DNA of 64,000 nucleotides from Gemmatimonadota bacterium (GTDB taxonomy: Bacteria; Gemmatimonadota; Gemmatimonadetes; Palauibacterales; Palauibacteraceae). The notes beneath the pieces were generated by a model. It did not search any database. It was not told where the DNA came from and saw only the letters and a list, made by a program, of their open reading frames with translations. How positions within the stretch are numbered: position 1 is the first letter of the stretch; every line of letters starts with the position of its first letter. Of the stretch, positions 9,101 through 18,019 are shown one piece after another. The translations under genes were made by a program, and so were the position numbers. Where the stretch lies: contig JBHHZD010000001.1 in the NCBI GenBank assembly GCA_046757885.1, positions 53,587 to 117,586 of the forward strand, written 5' to 3'.

Positions 9101-12100
9101 AGGCTGAACTGGAACTCGCCGCCGGTGACCCGATTCAGGAAGCGGGACGGCTGGGTGAGCGGCACGATGTATCGGAAGAAGCGCTCGTCGGTGTCGAGGA
9201 AGTTGTCGCGGTTCAGGTCCTCGGTGTCCTCGAACCCGTTGTTGTTCGCGCAGTTCGCCCGCTCGTCGCCGAGCGGGAACGCCGTGGCCTGCGGCTCGGA
9301 GACGCAGGCGCGCCCCCACAGCCCCGTGTCGTCCTGGATGCCCCACACGCCGACGACCGGGTCCGCCTCCTGGTCCAGGACCCCGAGGCCGCCGGGCGCT
9401 CCCTGGGCATCGAGGACGAACGCGTCCTCCGAGACCGTGCCGACGTCGATGATGAGGGCGAGGTTCTGCGAGGTCGCGCCGAGCGTGCTCGCGTAGAACT
9501 CCAGAAACTCCGTCGTGGACAGATCGAGTCCGGACTCCGACAGCGAGGTCGTCATCGTCGCCCAGCCGTTCCCCCCCGCGGCGGGCGGGTTCGCGAGGGA
9601 GACCCACAGGACCTGCTCCCGCCGGCCCGAGGAGAGGACGCGCAGCGCGGGATCGACCTGGGAGGTGAACAGCGGGCCCTGGATCTGCGTCCCGTTCGTC
9701 CACTGCGTCTGCCAGGTGGCCGACAGCAGGTTCGTCGCGTCGAGGGCCGGGGGCAGGAAGTCCTGCGGCCCGTCCACGTCGGGCCGGCTCGGCATGGAGC
9801 CGAAGCGCCAGGCCCGGCTCGACAGGCTCACGGGAAAGCCCGAGCTCGACTCGAAGTCATCCACGAAGGTGACCCCGAACCGGTTCGTCGTCGGGGCCGA
9901 GCCCGCGACCTCCCCCGAGAACCGCACGCGCGATCCCACATCGGTGCGAATGCCGGGCAGATGGTTCATGAAGCGCGTCAGGGCCGGGGCCTCCAGGTCG
10001 ACGTCCGCCGTCACGCCGCCGAGCTGGATGCCGGCGGGCTCGAGCCCCAGCTCCGGCCGCGTGAGGACAGTGCTCTCCTTCTGGGAGAGGCCGATGAAGT
10101 TCAGCCGGCCCCAGTCCGCCAGCCGGTAGGACCCCGTGAAGCCGATGATCGTCTTGCGGGCGATCTGAAAGAGAGGCTTCTGCTCGAACGTGACGTTGAG
10201 CTGCGGGCTCGCCGCGCCGGACAGGAGCTCGTCGGGCCGGAGCAGGGTCAGCTGTCCGATGTCGTAGTCCACCGTGTAGTCCTGCCCGTTCACCAGCTCC
10301 TGGCCGTTCAGCGTCACCCGCTCGCTCCCCTCCCGGATCCCGATGGCACCGAGGGGAAAGGCGTTCGCGCGCGAGGAGCTCCGGGCCCGGTACCGAAAGT
10401 TCAGACGGTACTGCGAGCTCGTGTTCCGGGTCTGATCGATCGGCTCGTCGTAGATGGACGTGCTGCGGTCCGCCGGAGCGAGGGGAAACGGCTGCCCCTG
10501 GAGCGACGGGACGCGGGACGCGCGCAGCGGGGGCGGGTTCTTGAACGGCTCGAGCGTCGGGAACACGAGGTAGTTGCCCGCCACGACGGAGTTGCCCGCG
10601 AACTCGCCCGTGTTCCGCGGCTGCCAGATCCTCACCTGATCGAGCCTGTCGTCCCGCGGCTGATCGTCGAGGCCGAAGATCTCGAGGAACGTGAAGTCGA
10701 CGCCGTTGGAGGTGCGGATGATCGGCCCGGACTCGATGGGCCCCTGTGAGATCGTGAGCTCGACGCTGCCCGCCTCGACGTCGTCGGATCCGGTGATGCG
10801 GTAGATCTGGTGCATCTCCCGCTCCCAGGTGAGGCCGCCCGGGCGATGCGTGGCCGGGTCCCTCAGGAGCACGAGACGGGGCAGCGTCCCCGATCCCGTG
10901 TTCGTCAGGTTGCGGAAGATCTCCTCGGCCTGGAAGTCACCGACCGTGTCCCCGCTGACCGCCACGTACGCGGTGGCCAGGGCCTCGTCCCGCAGGACCC
11001 GGTTTCGGACGGCGATCCACAGGCCACTGCGGTGGACGATGTAGTCCTCCCCCTCCGTGAGCGGGCGGTAGAAGTTCCGGAAGGTGACGCTGTCCGGCAG
11101 GCTCGGATCCGCCCCGGGCGGCCGAACCGCGACGCCGGTCGCCTGAATCACGCCCGCGTCGATGTTCTGGGGCTGGGATCCGGCCCGGACCTCGTGTCGG
11201 TACAGCTTGATGGCGGAGGTCGGGCGCAGGCTGTCCGGCACTTCGGTTCCCTGCAGGTTCAGGACGTCGATGTTCGGATAGCCCGCGATGAACCTCGGAT
11301 CCACGATGAAGAAGAACTGTCCCGTCTGGTAGCCGACGTCGTCCAGCACCGCCTCGAAGTCCTGCAGGACTCCGGTCTGGGTGCCCGTGCCGCCGACGTC
11401 CAGGGTGATGGACCGGTTCTCGATGTTGCCGCCCTGCTCGGCCACGACGGACTGGACGGACAGCGGCCCGAACTGCGCGTCCGCCCGGACGCCGAAGTTC
11501 CCGGCCGGGATGCCCTGCGAGATGAACTCCGACCGGGGCAGCGCCATCGAGACCTCGCCGAGCTCGACGGAGCGCAGGATCTCGTCGGGCTTGCCCGCAT
11601 AGAAGACGGTCAGGTCGTTCGTGGACGAGAACTCCCTCGTCTGGTCGAAGTCCACGTTCACGTGCACTCGTTCCGAGATCGTCCCGCGTGCGACGGCGCG
11701 GAGCTGGAACTCCGGCGCGAGGTTCGGCACGGCGCCCGCGTTGCAGCGCTGGCCCAGGCCCAACTGGCAGGGCGCGAAGGTCTCCCACCGGGCCCGGATC
11801 TGCCCCTGGCCATCCACGTCGAGGTCGAGATCGGCCACGCGTCCGAGGGCGCCCGGCAACAGATCCGCCGGGCGGGCGGGCGGCGGACCGCCCGGGGCGC
11901 CGGGTCCCCGCTCCGTGGTGTCCCGCACGAACAGCACCCTCCGGCGCACGACGTCCGGCAGGCGGGCCGGCTCGAGGAGGGCCATCCACAGCGTGTCCCG
12001 GCTCGCCCGCAGCATGTCGTCCAGGCGGGCGCGCCGGCGCGCGAGGAAGGCGGCGGCCGAGGCGCCGGGCGGAAGCTCCCGGTCCTCCACCCAGCGTGAT

Positions 12101-12288
12101 GCCACGGGTGGCCTCGTCTCCCAGGGAAAGGGGACCCTGGTGTGGCCGAGCCGGAGCTCCGCGTCCGTGCTCCGGGGCGCCTCCTGCGCGTGCATCTGTG
12201 TGGGGGCGAGCAGGAAGAGGAATGTCGCGACCCCGGGGGAGAAGCGGATGCGTCTCCGACACGTCTCGGATCGGGTCGGGCGGATCAT
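6115..12288 (-). CDS. Giant secreted beta-strand-rich protein (~2,057 aa), likely outer-membrane or cell-surface. It may be SprA/Sov-like or another large beta-barrel family; the assignment is not established.
   Basis: The track ORF 6115..13434 is continuous, but its first ~380 codons are R/S/A-rich antisense of the +strand amidohydrolase. The in-frame ATG at 12288 gives MIRPTRSETCRRRIRFSPGVATFLFLLAPTQMHA|QEAP, a textbook signal peptide (basic n-region, hydrophobic core, AxA-like site). Downstream the composition is T/S/G/N/D/Q/R-rich with alternating patterns typical of OM beta-barrels. Confidence 0.6.
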   Translation of the reverse strand: MIRPTRSETCRRRIRFSPGVATFLFLLAPTQMHAQEAPRSTDAELRLGHTRVPFPWETRPPVASRWVEDRELPPGASAAAFLARRRARLDDMLRASRDTLWMALLEPARLPDVVRRRVLFVRDTTERGPGAPGGPPPARPADLLPGALGRVADLDLDVDGQGQIRARWETFAPCQLGLGQRCNAGAVPNLAPEFQLRAVARGTISERVHVNVDFDQTREFSSTNDLTVFYAGKPDEILRSVELGEVSMALPRSEFISQGIPAGNFGVRADAQFGPLSVQSVVAEQGGNIENRSITLDVGGTGTQTGVLQDFEAVLDDVGYQTGQFFFIVDPRFIAGYPNIDVLNLQGTEVPDSLRPTSAIKLYRHEVRAGSQPQNIDAGVIQATGVAVRPPGADPSLPDSVTFRNFYRPLTEGEDYIVHRSGLWIAVRNRVLRDEALATAYVAVSGDTVGDFQAEEIFRNLTNTGSGTLPRLVLLRDPATHRPGGLTWEREMHQIYRITGSDDVEAGSVELTISQGPIESGPIIRTSNGVDFTFLEIFGLDDQPRDDRLDQVRIWQPRNTGEFAGNSVVAGNYLVFPTLEPFKNPPPLRASRVPSLQGQPFPLAPADRSTSIYDEPIDQTRNTSSQYRLNFRYRARSSSRANAFPLGAIGIREGSERVTLNGQELVNGQDYTVDYDIGQLTLLRPDELLSGAASPQLNVTFEQKPLFQIARKTIIGFTGSYRLADWGRLNFIGLSQKESTVLTRPELGLEPAGIQLGGVTADVDLEAPALTRFMNHLPGIRTDVGSRVRFSGEVAGSAPTTNRFGVTFVDDFESSSGFPVSLSSRAWRFGSMPSRPDVDGPQDFLPPALDATNLLSATWQTQWTNGTQIQGPLFTSQVDPALRVLSSGRREQVLWVSLANPPAAGGNGWATMTTSLSESGLDLSTTEFLEFYASTLGATSQNLALIIDVGTVSEDAFVLDAQGAPGGLGVLDQEADPVVGVWGIQDDTGLWGRACVSEPQATAFPLGDERANCANNNGFEDTEDLNRDNFLDTDERFFRYIVPLTQPSRFLNRVTGGEFQFSLYRIPLRAPDLQEGMTEQGLQNVRQIRITLVADQGAVVALSRMNMTGSRWLKRGGTGSVAGGVTTAPGTAASVTVGPISTKDAGYVPPPGIGDQKADRTDELRLSSGPINEQSLRLTYSDIPVGERIEVFRRFEETTRNFLVYGEGRVWTLPFGSDWGTAAGLRFFLKLGFDESNYYLYRASHAPGPASPTAADWGPENRIDFGPWLELRAAAEQRILDAGGSLPGDSTLVLWDVDILPGGDSTYALVIDDRSRAPNLAAVREIIVGVENIGVTPAGAGEIWIDDFRLDRATDEGGVATRGELNVEASDILSLQAAYRRENPFFRQLGTNPSFESSWGFDGQARIKLGRFLPDAWGLAIPVSVSHRRSGNSPFFLPETDVRAARIAALRTGKSTLTNVDVSVSKQTRSRSPILRSTLDGLRFGYTRSTTERFSTQTEAEGTSWTTSLAWNRPVVDKSIPLVPGFVKSFIDVFPDFISRSKLLENFKNLRLRLTPRTLGLGGSLANAHDRTRRFQTSIRRPGDRSVRPAVNRERTLRPTATAEVQPFPSLTASVDFSSARDLVGPRFRLQRERERQILRDEKRRVLGANVGWETNRSLGTRIDYRPDLAEWFTPNLSISTNYQSTRNASYVQVVNGKTVLVRDVRVNRDIRLGVQAFPDRFLSVFGLPDRKDAHGIAAGVREVWDRLQPVRFDWSELVNATFDRRDIDPGFSDQFVTGGIDALRISGKDTASAAARNRRWSVEGGYDLPLTLEAGVRYSRLDDRSLSFLNERGARETEWPSVDLRWRSVPLPGGPGRLVRSLNLTAGFRERERKTLTTTGQDIGDDLSSRSVSALLVFGNGFNLSYQYERTVDERTDATGFSKSTRNTHDVRATGTLRTENWAVLRRPLRVALAYSRNGNFDCRDLGGLGFGASPSTALGLLADCTAHVDQLTQTASLTLDTDFTGYSIGVQFSWVQRGSAVGQRQRTNQFNLNVFGRFVLSARELEAATSRDAPR

Positions 12289-12304
12289 CTCCCCCTGTCG
12301 GTTC

Positions 12305-12380
12305 GCGGGCTTTGACGCTCGGACGGCAGCGGCAATATATGGAACGCTCGGTGAACCGGAAAACTTTGCGGCGCGTTCCC
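12305..12380 (+). promoter_or_regulatory. Candidate promoter(s) in the divergent intergenic between the giant-protein gene and the amidohydrolase gene
   Basis: TTGACG (12312) is followed after 18 nt by TATATG, a sigma-70-like -35/-10 pair. It is followed by AAACTTTG, which resembles the Bacteroidetes-type -7 element TAnnTTTG. AT-rich elements are rare in this 70% GC background. Confidence 0.3.
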
Positions 12381-12421
12381 GGAGGGCCGGGCGGCGAGGC
12401 CGGGAAGCAGAGGGGAATCTC

Positions 12422-14182
12422 ATGAGTCGAACGCAACGGCACATCACGACGGCCATCCTGGCCTCGGCCGCGGGCCTCGCGCTCGTCGGAGCCCGGGCGG
12501 CCCGGCCGGGCGCGACGTCGGCCCGAGCAGCGGGGCCCCGCGGCGGGGTCGCCGCGGGACCATCCGCCGACCTCGTCCTGAGGGGCGGGGTCGTTTTCGT
12601 GGGCGACGCCGAGGGCACGAAAGCCCGGGCGGTGGCCATCCGAGGCGATCGCATTCTCGCCGTGGGTCCGCAGGCGGAAGGGCTCATCGGCCCCTCGACC
12701 CGAGTCGTGGAGCTGCGAGGCCGGCTCGTGACGGCGGGGATGAACGACGCGCACCTGCACCTCGGGGCGGGCGGGCTGTCCATGCTGAACGTGAGGCTCG
12801 AGGGGACGACGTCACTGGCCCGGATCGAGGCGCGCGTGCGCGAGGCGGCGGACGCGGCGCCGAGCGGAGAGTGGGTCACGGGGCGGGGCTGGGACCACAC
12901 CCGCCTCCCGGCCGCCGAGCGGGGGCCCGACGGCTGGCCGCCGCGCGCGCCGCTGGACCGGGCCGCGCCGGACCGACCCGTGTTCCTGAAGCGCGTGGAC
13001 GGGCACACGGCCTGGGTCAACGGCGCCGCGCTCCGGGCGCTCGGCATCGACGAGACCACGCCCGACCCCCCCGGCGGGCGCATCCTCCACGACCCCGAGA
13101 CCGGGGAGCCGACGGGGATCCTGCTGGAGAACGCGGCGGACGCGGCCGAGGCCGCGATCCCCGAGCCCTCGGACGCGCGGGCGATGCAGGGACTCGAGAT
13201 GGCCCTCGACGTGGCGCGCCGCACGGGCCTGACGAGCGTGCAGACCCGCGTCACCGCCCGGGACGTGCGGAATCTCGAGTCGCTGCGGCGCGAGGGGCGC
13301 CTGACGCTGCGCGTGTACGGTTGGCGCCCCCTCACGGACGAGATCCTGGCGACGTACCGGCGGGCCGGCATCACGGAGGGCTTCGGGGGACCGTGGCTTC
13401 GCATCGGCGCCGTGAAGGCGTACGTGGACGGCACGCTGGGGTCGCGAACGGCCTGGATGCTCGAGCCCTACGCGGACGATCCCGGGACCCGGGGTATATC
13501 CCGGATCGAGCCCGAGACGCTGCGCCGGCTCGTCCTCGCGGCCGACTCGGCCGGCCTCCAGGTCCTCGCGCACGCGATCGGGGATGCGGCGAACCGGGAG
13601 GTCCTGGACATCTACGAGGAGGCGGCGCGCACCGGGCCGGCGCGTCCGCGCCGACATCGGATCGAGCACGCCCAGGTGCTCGACGCGGCCGACATCCCCC
13701 GCTTCGCCCGACTCGGAGTCGTCGCCTCGATGCAGCCGACGCACGCGACGAGCGACATGCGATGGGCGGAGGCGCGCATCGGACACGAGCGCGCTGCGGA
13801 AGGAGCGTACGCGTGGCGGAGTCTCCTGGACGCGGGCGCGCACGTCGCGTTCGGAACCGACTTCGCCGTGGAGCCGATGGCCCCGATCGAGGGCCTCTAC
13901 TCCGCGGTCACGCGCCAGTCCCGCGAGCGGCCGGGCGAGCCCCCCTCCGGCTGGCTGCCCGAGCAGCGGCTCGACATCGAGGAGGCGATCCGGCTCTACA
14001 CGGCGGGGTCGGCCTGGGCCGAATTCGAGGAGGACCGCAAGGGCCGCCTCGAGCCGGGGATGCTGGCGGACGTCGTCGTGTGGGACCGGAACCTGCTCGA
14101 GGTGCCGCCCGAGCGGCTGCTCCAGGCGAAGCCCGACCTGACGATCGTCGGCGGGCGGGTCGTGTTCAGAAGATCTGAGTGA
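12422..14182 (+). CDS. Metal-dependent amidohydrolase (amidohydrolase-3 / YtcJ-like TIM-barrel hydrolase), predicted secreted
   Basis: Start MSRTQRHITTAILASAAGLALVGARAARP is signal-peptide-like. Motifs include AGMNDAHLHLGAGG, HAIGDAANREVLD and a C-terminal VVWDRN...GGRVVF, typical of the family. It is divergent from the giant protein gene across a 133-bp intergenic. Confidence 0.8.
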   Translation: MSRTQRHITTAILASAAGLALVGARAARPGATSARAAGPRGGVAAGPSADLVLRGGVVFVGDAEGTKARAVAIRGDRILAVGPQAEGLIGPSTRVVELRGRLVTAGMNDAHLHLGAGGLSMLNVRLEGTTSLARIEARVREAADAAPSGEWVTGRGWDHTRLPAAERGPDGWPPRAPLDRAAPDRPVFLKRVDGHTAWVNGAALRALGIDETTPDPPGGRILHDPETGEPTGILLENAADAAEAAIPEPSDARAMQGLEMALDVARRTGLTSVQTRVTARDVRNLESLRREGRLTLRVYGWRPLTDEILATYRRAGITEGFGGPWLRIGAVKAYVDGTLGSRTAWMLEPYADDPGTRGISRIEPETLRRLVLAADSAGLQVLAHAIGDAANREVLDIYEEAARTGPARPRRHRIEHAQVLDAADIPRFARLGVVASMQPTHATSDMRWAEARIGHERAAEGAYAWRSLLDAGAHVAFGTDFAVEPMAPIEGLYSAVTRQSRERPGEPPSGWLPEQRLDIEEAIRLYTAGSAWAEFEEDRKGRLEPGMLADVVVWDRNLLEVPPERLLQAKPDLTIVGGRVVFRRSE

Positions 14183-14984
14183 ACTCCGCCCACGCCGTGA
14201 CCGGGCGGCCGAGCCGGTCGTGGGCCGGCGCGTAGTCCATCTGCAGGGCCTTGCTCGCGAGCCGCTTGTTGAAGCGAGCATCCGGCGTCGGGGGGCGGAG
14301 CTCCACGTCCAGCGGCTCTCCCCACCAGGCCACGAGGACGCGGACCGTCACCTCCATGCCCCGCACGGACTCGGGTGGATCCCACTCGGGGTAGATCGAC
14401 CTCACTTCTGGAGCCGTGAGGCGATGGTATCCCTCCGCGTCGGCCCCACCGTCGCCCGTCCCGCCCGCGGCCTCCACGCCGGGACCCCGGGCGGGCCCGC
14501 TTCCGGCCAGCGATCCGCGGAGGTCCACCGTCCGGATCGAGACCGGTGGCTCCGCGGGCGGCTCGATCTCGACCTCGGGCAGGACGACGTCGGGCACCGA
14601 GGTCGGAGGGGGCGGAACGACGATCTCGCGCGGAGGGGCGAAGCGAATTGCCTGCATGACGCTTCCGCCGGCCGCCGCCGTCGGGTCTCCCGTCCGCGGA
14701 CCCGCCGCGACCGTCGTCGCGTAGGGGGACAGGTCGGCCCTCCACGCCAGCAGAAGGGCGACGTGGAATCCGGCGGACAGGGAGAGTCCCCACCACAGGG
14801 CGCGGCGGTACCTCCGGTCCGTCCGTTCGGACGGGAACACGATTCGAGCGCTCACGACGGTTTCTATCTCCGGGGCGCGCGGAGGTTCCCTTTTCGATGG
14901 GGCCACCCCGCCGGCCGGGAGCCATCGTTCGCCCGCGGCGGCGGCTTGCTCGGGGTCCGCCCGCGGGGCGACATTTCGCGCCAT
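14166..14984 (-). CDS. TonB-family energy transducer (TM anchor, Pro-rich spacer, TonB C-terminal domain)
   Basis: TM RRALWWGLSLSAGFHVALLLAW, then a proline-rich region (PPPPTSVPDVVLPEVEIEPPAEPP), then a C-terminal domain VTVRVLVAWWGEPLDVELRPPTPDARFNKRLASKALQMDYAPAHDRLGRPVTAWAEFTQIF. The start is uncertain: track GTG at 15074, ATG at 14984 (sharing a CATG with the divergent gene), or an internal GTG nearer the TM. Confidence 0.6.
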   Translation of the reverse strand: MARNVAPRADPEQAAAAGERWLPAGGVAPSKREPPRAPEIETVVSARIVFPSERTDRRYRRALWWGLSLSAGFHVALLLAWRADLSPYATTVAAGPRTGDPTAAAGGSVMQAIRFAPPREIVVPPPPTSVPDVVLPEVEIEPPAEPPVSIRTVDLRGSLAGSGPARGPGVEAAGGTGDGGADAEGYHRLTAPEVRSIYPEWDPPESVRGMEVTVRVLVAWWGEPLDVELRPPTPDARFNKRLASKALQMDYAPAHDRLGRPVTAWAEFTQIF

Positions 14985-15714
14985 GAACTCGCGTGCCGGG
15001 CGAAGCCGCTTCGGGGCAGGACTCTTCGGCATCCTCCTGGCGCTCGGAGCCTGCTGGCGAATCGGAGAGCCCACGTCGAGCGCGGCGCTCGTGACGTGGG
15101 CGGCCTACCCCGACACCGTCGTCGTCGGGGCCGTGTTCTCGTTCGAGTTCGCGGGACCGGTCACGCCGAACGCCTGCGGCCGCCTGGACACCGCGATCGT
15201 CGTCGTGGGCGACTCCACGATCGATCTCTCGGCCCGGCGGAGCGTCTACGACACGATGTGCTCGAGCAGTCCGGTCAGCTTCTACGAGGCGCGACCCCTC
15301 GTGCTGGAGCAGAGCGGCACGTACCGGGTTCGTGCGGAGGGCGGCCGCGAGCTCGGGCGACTCGTGGCCGTCGACTCCGGCTCGTTCTCGCGCCTGCGCA
15401 CGCACGGCGAGGGGACGGTGCGGGAGATCGCCGGCTGCACCCTGTTCGGTCCCGGGTGGCTGGGCAACCAGCGGCCGTTCGCCCTGCGGGGCGCCCCGCC
15501 CGGCGTCCTCGAGGAGGCCGAGGACCGGAAGCGCATCGTGCACGTGGAGGGGCCTCTCGCAGGCTTCACGCTGTGTGGCTCGTTCGGCTCCCGACCCGCC
15601 ATCCGGGTGGACACGGCATGGGTCGAGGAGCGGGGCATCGAGGACTACTACGGGCGACCGCCCGACGCCGAGAAGAGGGAGAGCGAACGCCATGGTGATG
15701 TACGAGGAGAGTGA
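14983..15714 (+). CDS. Hypothetical lipoprotein
   Basis: MNSRAGRSRFGAGLFGILLALGAC is a signal peptide with a lipobox-like LGAC. The composition is protein-like. No recognisable catalytic motif. Confidence 0.55.
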   Translation: MNSRAGRSRFGAGLFGILLALGACWRIGEPTSSAALVTWAAYPDTVVVGAVFSFEFAGPVTPNACGRLDTAIVVVGDSTIDLSARRSVYDTMCSSSPVSFYEARPLVLEQSGTYRVRAEGGRELGRLVAVDSGSFSRLRTHGEGTVREIAGCTLFGPGWLGNQRPFALRGAPPGVLEEAEDRKRIVHVEGPLAGFTLCGSFGSRPAIRVDTAWVEERGIEDYYGRPPDAEKRESERHGDVRGE

Positions 15715-16918
15715 CGTGTCCGGGAGCGTGGTGAACGAGGGCTTCGGACGTCGGCTCGGGGAGGAGCTCGACGCCATGCGCGAGCAGGGCGTCCTCAAGG
15801 TCCTCCAGCACATCCGGGGGAGCCAGGGCGCGGTCGTGGACCTCGAGGGCTACGGCGAGACCGTGAACCTCTGCTCCAACAACTACCTCGGCCTGTGCGA
15901 CGTGCCGGAGGTCGTCGAGGCGGTCCGGGCGGGGGCGGAGCGGTACGGGGCCGGCACGTCGTCCGTGCGGTTCATCTGCGGGACGTTCGATGTGCACCGG
16001 GAGCTGGAGAGCCGGATCGCGGACTTCCTCGAGACCGAGGCGTCGGTCACGTACACGTCCTGCTGGAATGCGAACGAGGGCCTGTTCGCTCCCCTTCTCG
16101 GCGAGGAGGACGCGCTCATCAGCGATGAGCTGAATCACGCATCGATCATCGACGGAATCCGCCTGTGCAGGGCCCGTCGGCTCATCTACGACCACATGGA
16201 CATGAGCTCCCTCGAAGAGGCCCTCCGCTCGTCGGCCGACGCGCGGCACCGGCTCGTGGTCACGGACGGGGTGTTCAGCATGGAGGGGGAGATCGCGCCG
16301 TTGCCGGAGATCCGCGAGCTGTGCGATCGCTACGACGCGGTCATGGCCATCGACGACTCCCACGCGACCGGCGTCCTGGGCGACACAGGACGGGGCACGC
16401 CGGAGCACTTCGGGATGCACGGAGAGGTGGACATCGTCACGTCCACGCTCGGGAAGGCGCTCGGCGGGATGGCGGGGGGCTTCGTGGCAAGCAGCAGGAA
16501 CGTGGTCGAGTACCTCGTTCAGCGATCCCGAACCCAGCTGTTCACGAACGCGATCGCGCCCCACTCGGCCTGTGGCGCGCTCGCCGCGATCGACTACCTG
16601 GAAGCGCATCCGGAGAGGGTCACGAGGCTGCGGGAGAACACGGCCTACTTCCGCGAGCAGCTGCTCGCGCTCGGCTTTCGCCCCATCGAGGGAGACACGC
16701 CGATCGTACCGGTCGTCATCGGCGACACGGCGACGGCGATCGAGATGAGCCGGCAGCTTCTCGACGAGGGCGTGTTCGTCATCGGCTTCGGTTTTCCCGT
16801 GGTTCCGCAGGGCGCCGCCCGCATCCGGTGCCAGATCTCGGCCGCCCACGAGCGGGACCACCTCGAAGCCGCTCTTGCGGCGCTCAAGACGGTCGGCGAG
16901 GGACTCGGCATCGTCTGA
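15692..16918 (+). CDS. kbl: Glycine C-acetyltransferase (2-amino-3-ketobutyrate CoA ligase)
   Basis: Near-colinear with E. coli Kbl: VRFICGT, NHASIIDG, VTDGVFSMEG, MAIDDSHATG, TLGKALGG, ARIRCQISAAH. 408 aa. No tdh is adjacent. Confidence 0.85.
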   Translation: MVMYEESDVSGSVVNEGFGRRLGEELDAMREQGVLKVLQHIRGSQGAVVDLEGYGETVNLCSNNYLGLCDVPEVVEAVRAGAERYGAGTSSVRFICGTFDVHRELESRIADFLETEASVTYTSCWNANEGLFAPLLGEEDALISDELNHASIIDGIRLCRARRLIYDHMDMSSLEEALRSSADARHRLVVTDGVFSMEGEIAPLPEIRELCDRYDAVMAIDDSHATGVLGDTGRGTPEHFGMHGEVDIVTSTLGKALGGMAGGFVASSRNVVEYLVQRSRTQLFTNAIAPHSACGALAAIDYLEAHPERVTRLRENTAYFREQLLALGFRPIEGDTPIVPVVIGDTATAIEMSRQLLDEGVFVIGFGFPVVPQGAARIRCQISAAHERDHLEAALAALKTVGEGLGIV

Positions 16919-17098
16919 TCCGGGCGGGGGCGGCGCGCCGCGGATCGACCTGTCCCGTACCCCCGGACCTCCTTATTGTGAGGGCATGGGCGCGGCACGA
17001 CCGTTGCATGACGTGGCCGTGTTTCTCCGCGCGGCGGGCGCGACCCGCAGCCGCGGATCCGAACCGATCGAGCGAGCGCTCCGGCGCAGGAGGACGAC

Positions 17099-18019
17099 AT
17101 GGAGACAGCCCCGGCCCCGTCGGCGGTGGAAAGGCCGCGGATCGAGGACCTGAACCTGTCGGCGGGCAAGGCGGCCCGCCTGACGGACGTGCTCTACAAC
17201 CACGGCCTGCGGAACGGGACGGCGCTCTTCCTCCCGATCGACCAGGGCATGGAGCACGGCCCCATCGACTTCCTGTCCAACCCGCCCTCGGCGGATCCCG
17301 ACTATCAGTTCGAGCTCGCGATCCGGGGGAACTTCAACGGCATCGCCTGCCAGATCGGCTTCGCCGAGAAGTACTTCCCGAAGTACGCGGGCCGGATCCC
17401 CCTCATCCTGAAGGTGAACGGGAAGACGAACATCCCGTCCGACGCGGAGGCGCATTCGCCCCTGAACTGCACCGTCGAGGATGCCGTGCGACTCGGAGCG
17501 AGCGCCGTCGGCTACACCCTCTACGTCGGCTCTCCCGCGCAGTCGAGCCACCACGAGGACCTGAATCACGTGCGCGGCGAGTGCCAGCGGTACGGGATGC
17601 CGCTCATCGTGTGGTCCTACCCGCGCGGCGCGGCGATCGACGCGAAGGGCGGACGCGATTCGCTGTACGCCGTGGACTATGCCGCGCGGATGGCGATGGA
17701 GATGGGCGCCGACGTCGTGAAGCTCAACCAGCCCAGGAAGAGCGACAAGGACCCGGACATGCCCGCGGCCTACCAGGAGATCGAGTGGACGTACCTGGAG
17801 GGGTGCCGGCGCGTCGTCCGCTCCGCCCAGAACACGCTCGTTCTGTTCTCCGGCGGGAGCAAGCTCGGAGACGACGACCTGCTGGAGAAGGTCCGGATGA
17901 GCATGGAGGGCGGCGCGACCGGCCTGATCTTCGGACGCAACATGTGGCAGCGCCCGATGGAGGAGGCGCTCGCGATCACGAGCCGCGTGCAGGAGATCCT
18001 CGCCAACTACGGTACATGA
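17099..18019 (+). CDS. fbaB: Class I fructose-bisphosphate aldolase, DhnA/FbaB (archaeal-type) family
   Basis: LPIDQGMEHGP, LKVNGKT, IVWSYPRG, VVKLN, LIFGRNMWQ are colinear with E. coli FbaB. RBS AGGAGG sits 6 nt before the ATG. Confidence 0.8.
   Translation: METAPAPSAVERPRIEDLNLSAGKAARLTDVLYNHGLRNGTALFLPIDQGMEHGPIDFLSNPPSADPDYQFELAIRGNFNGIACQIGFAEKYFPKYAGRIPLILKVNGKTNIPSDAEAHSPLNCTVEDAVRLGASAVGYTLYVGSPAQSSHHEDLNHVRGECQRYGMPLIVWSYPRGAAIDAKGGRDSLYAVDYAARMAMEMGADVVKLNQPRKSDKDPDMPAAYQEIEWTYLEGCRRVVRSAQNTLVLFSGGSKLGDDDLLEKVRMSMEGGATGLIFGRNMWQRPMEEALAITSRVQEILANYGT

Noticed and set aside
12289-13434. N-terminal ~380 codons of the 2,439-aa minus-strand track ORF
   Set aside because: Read-through into antisense of the amidohydrolase gene. 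The composition is R/S/A-rich. The in-frame ATG at 12288 yields a canonical signal peptide, so the real gene starts there.
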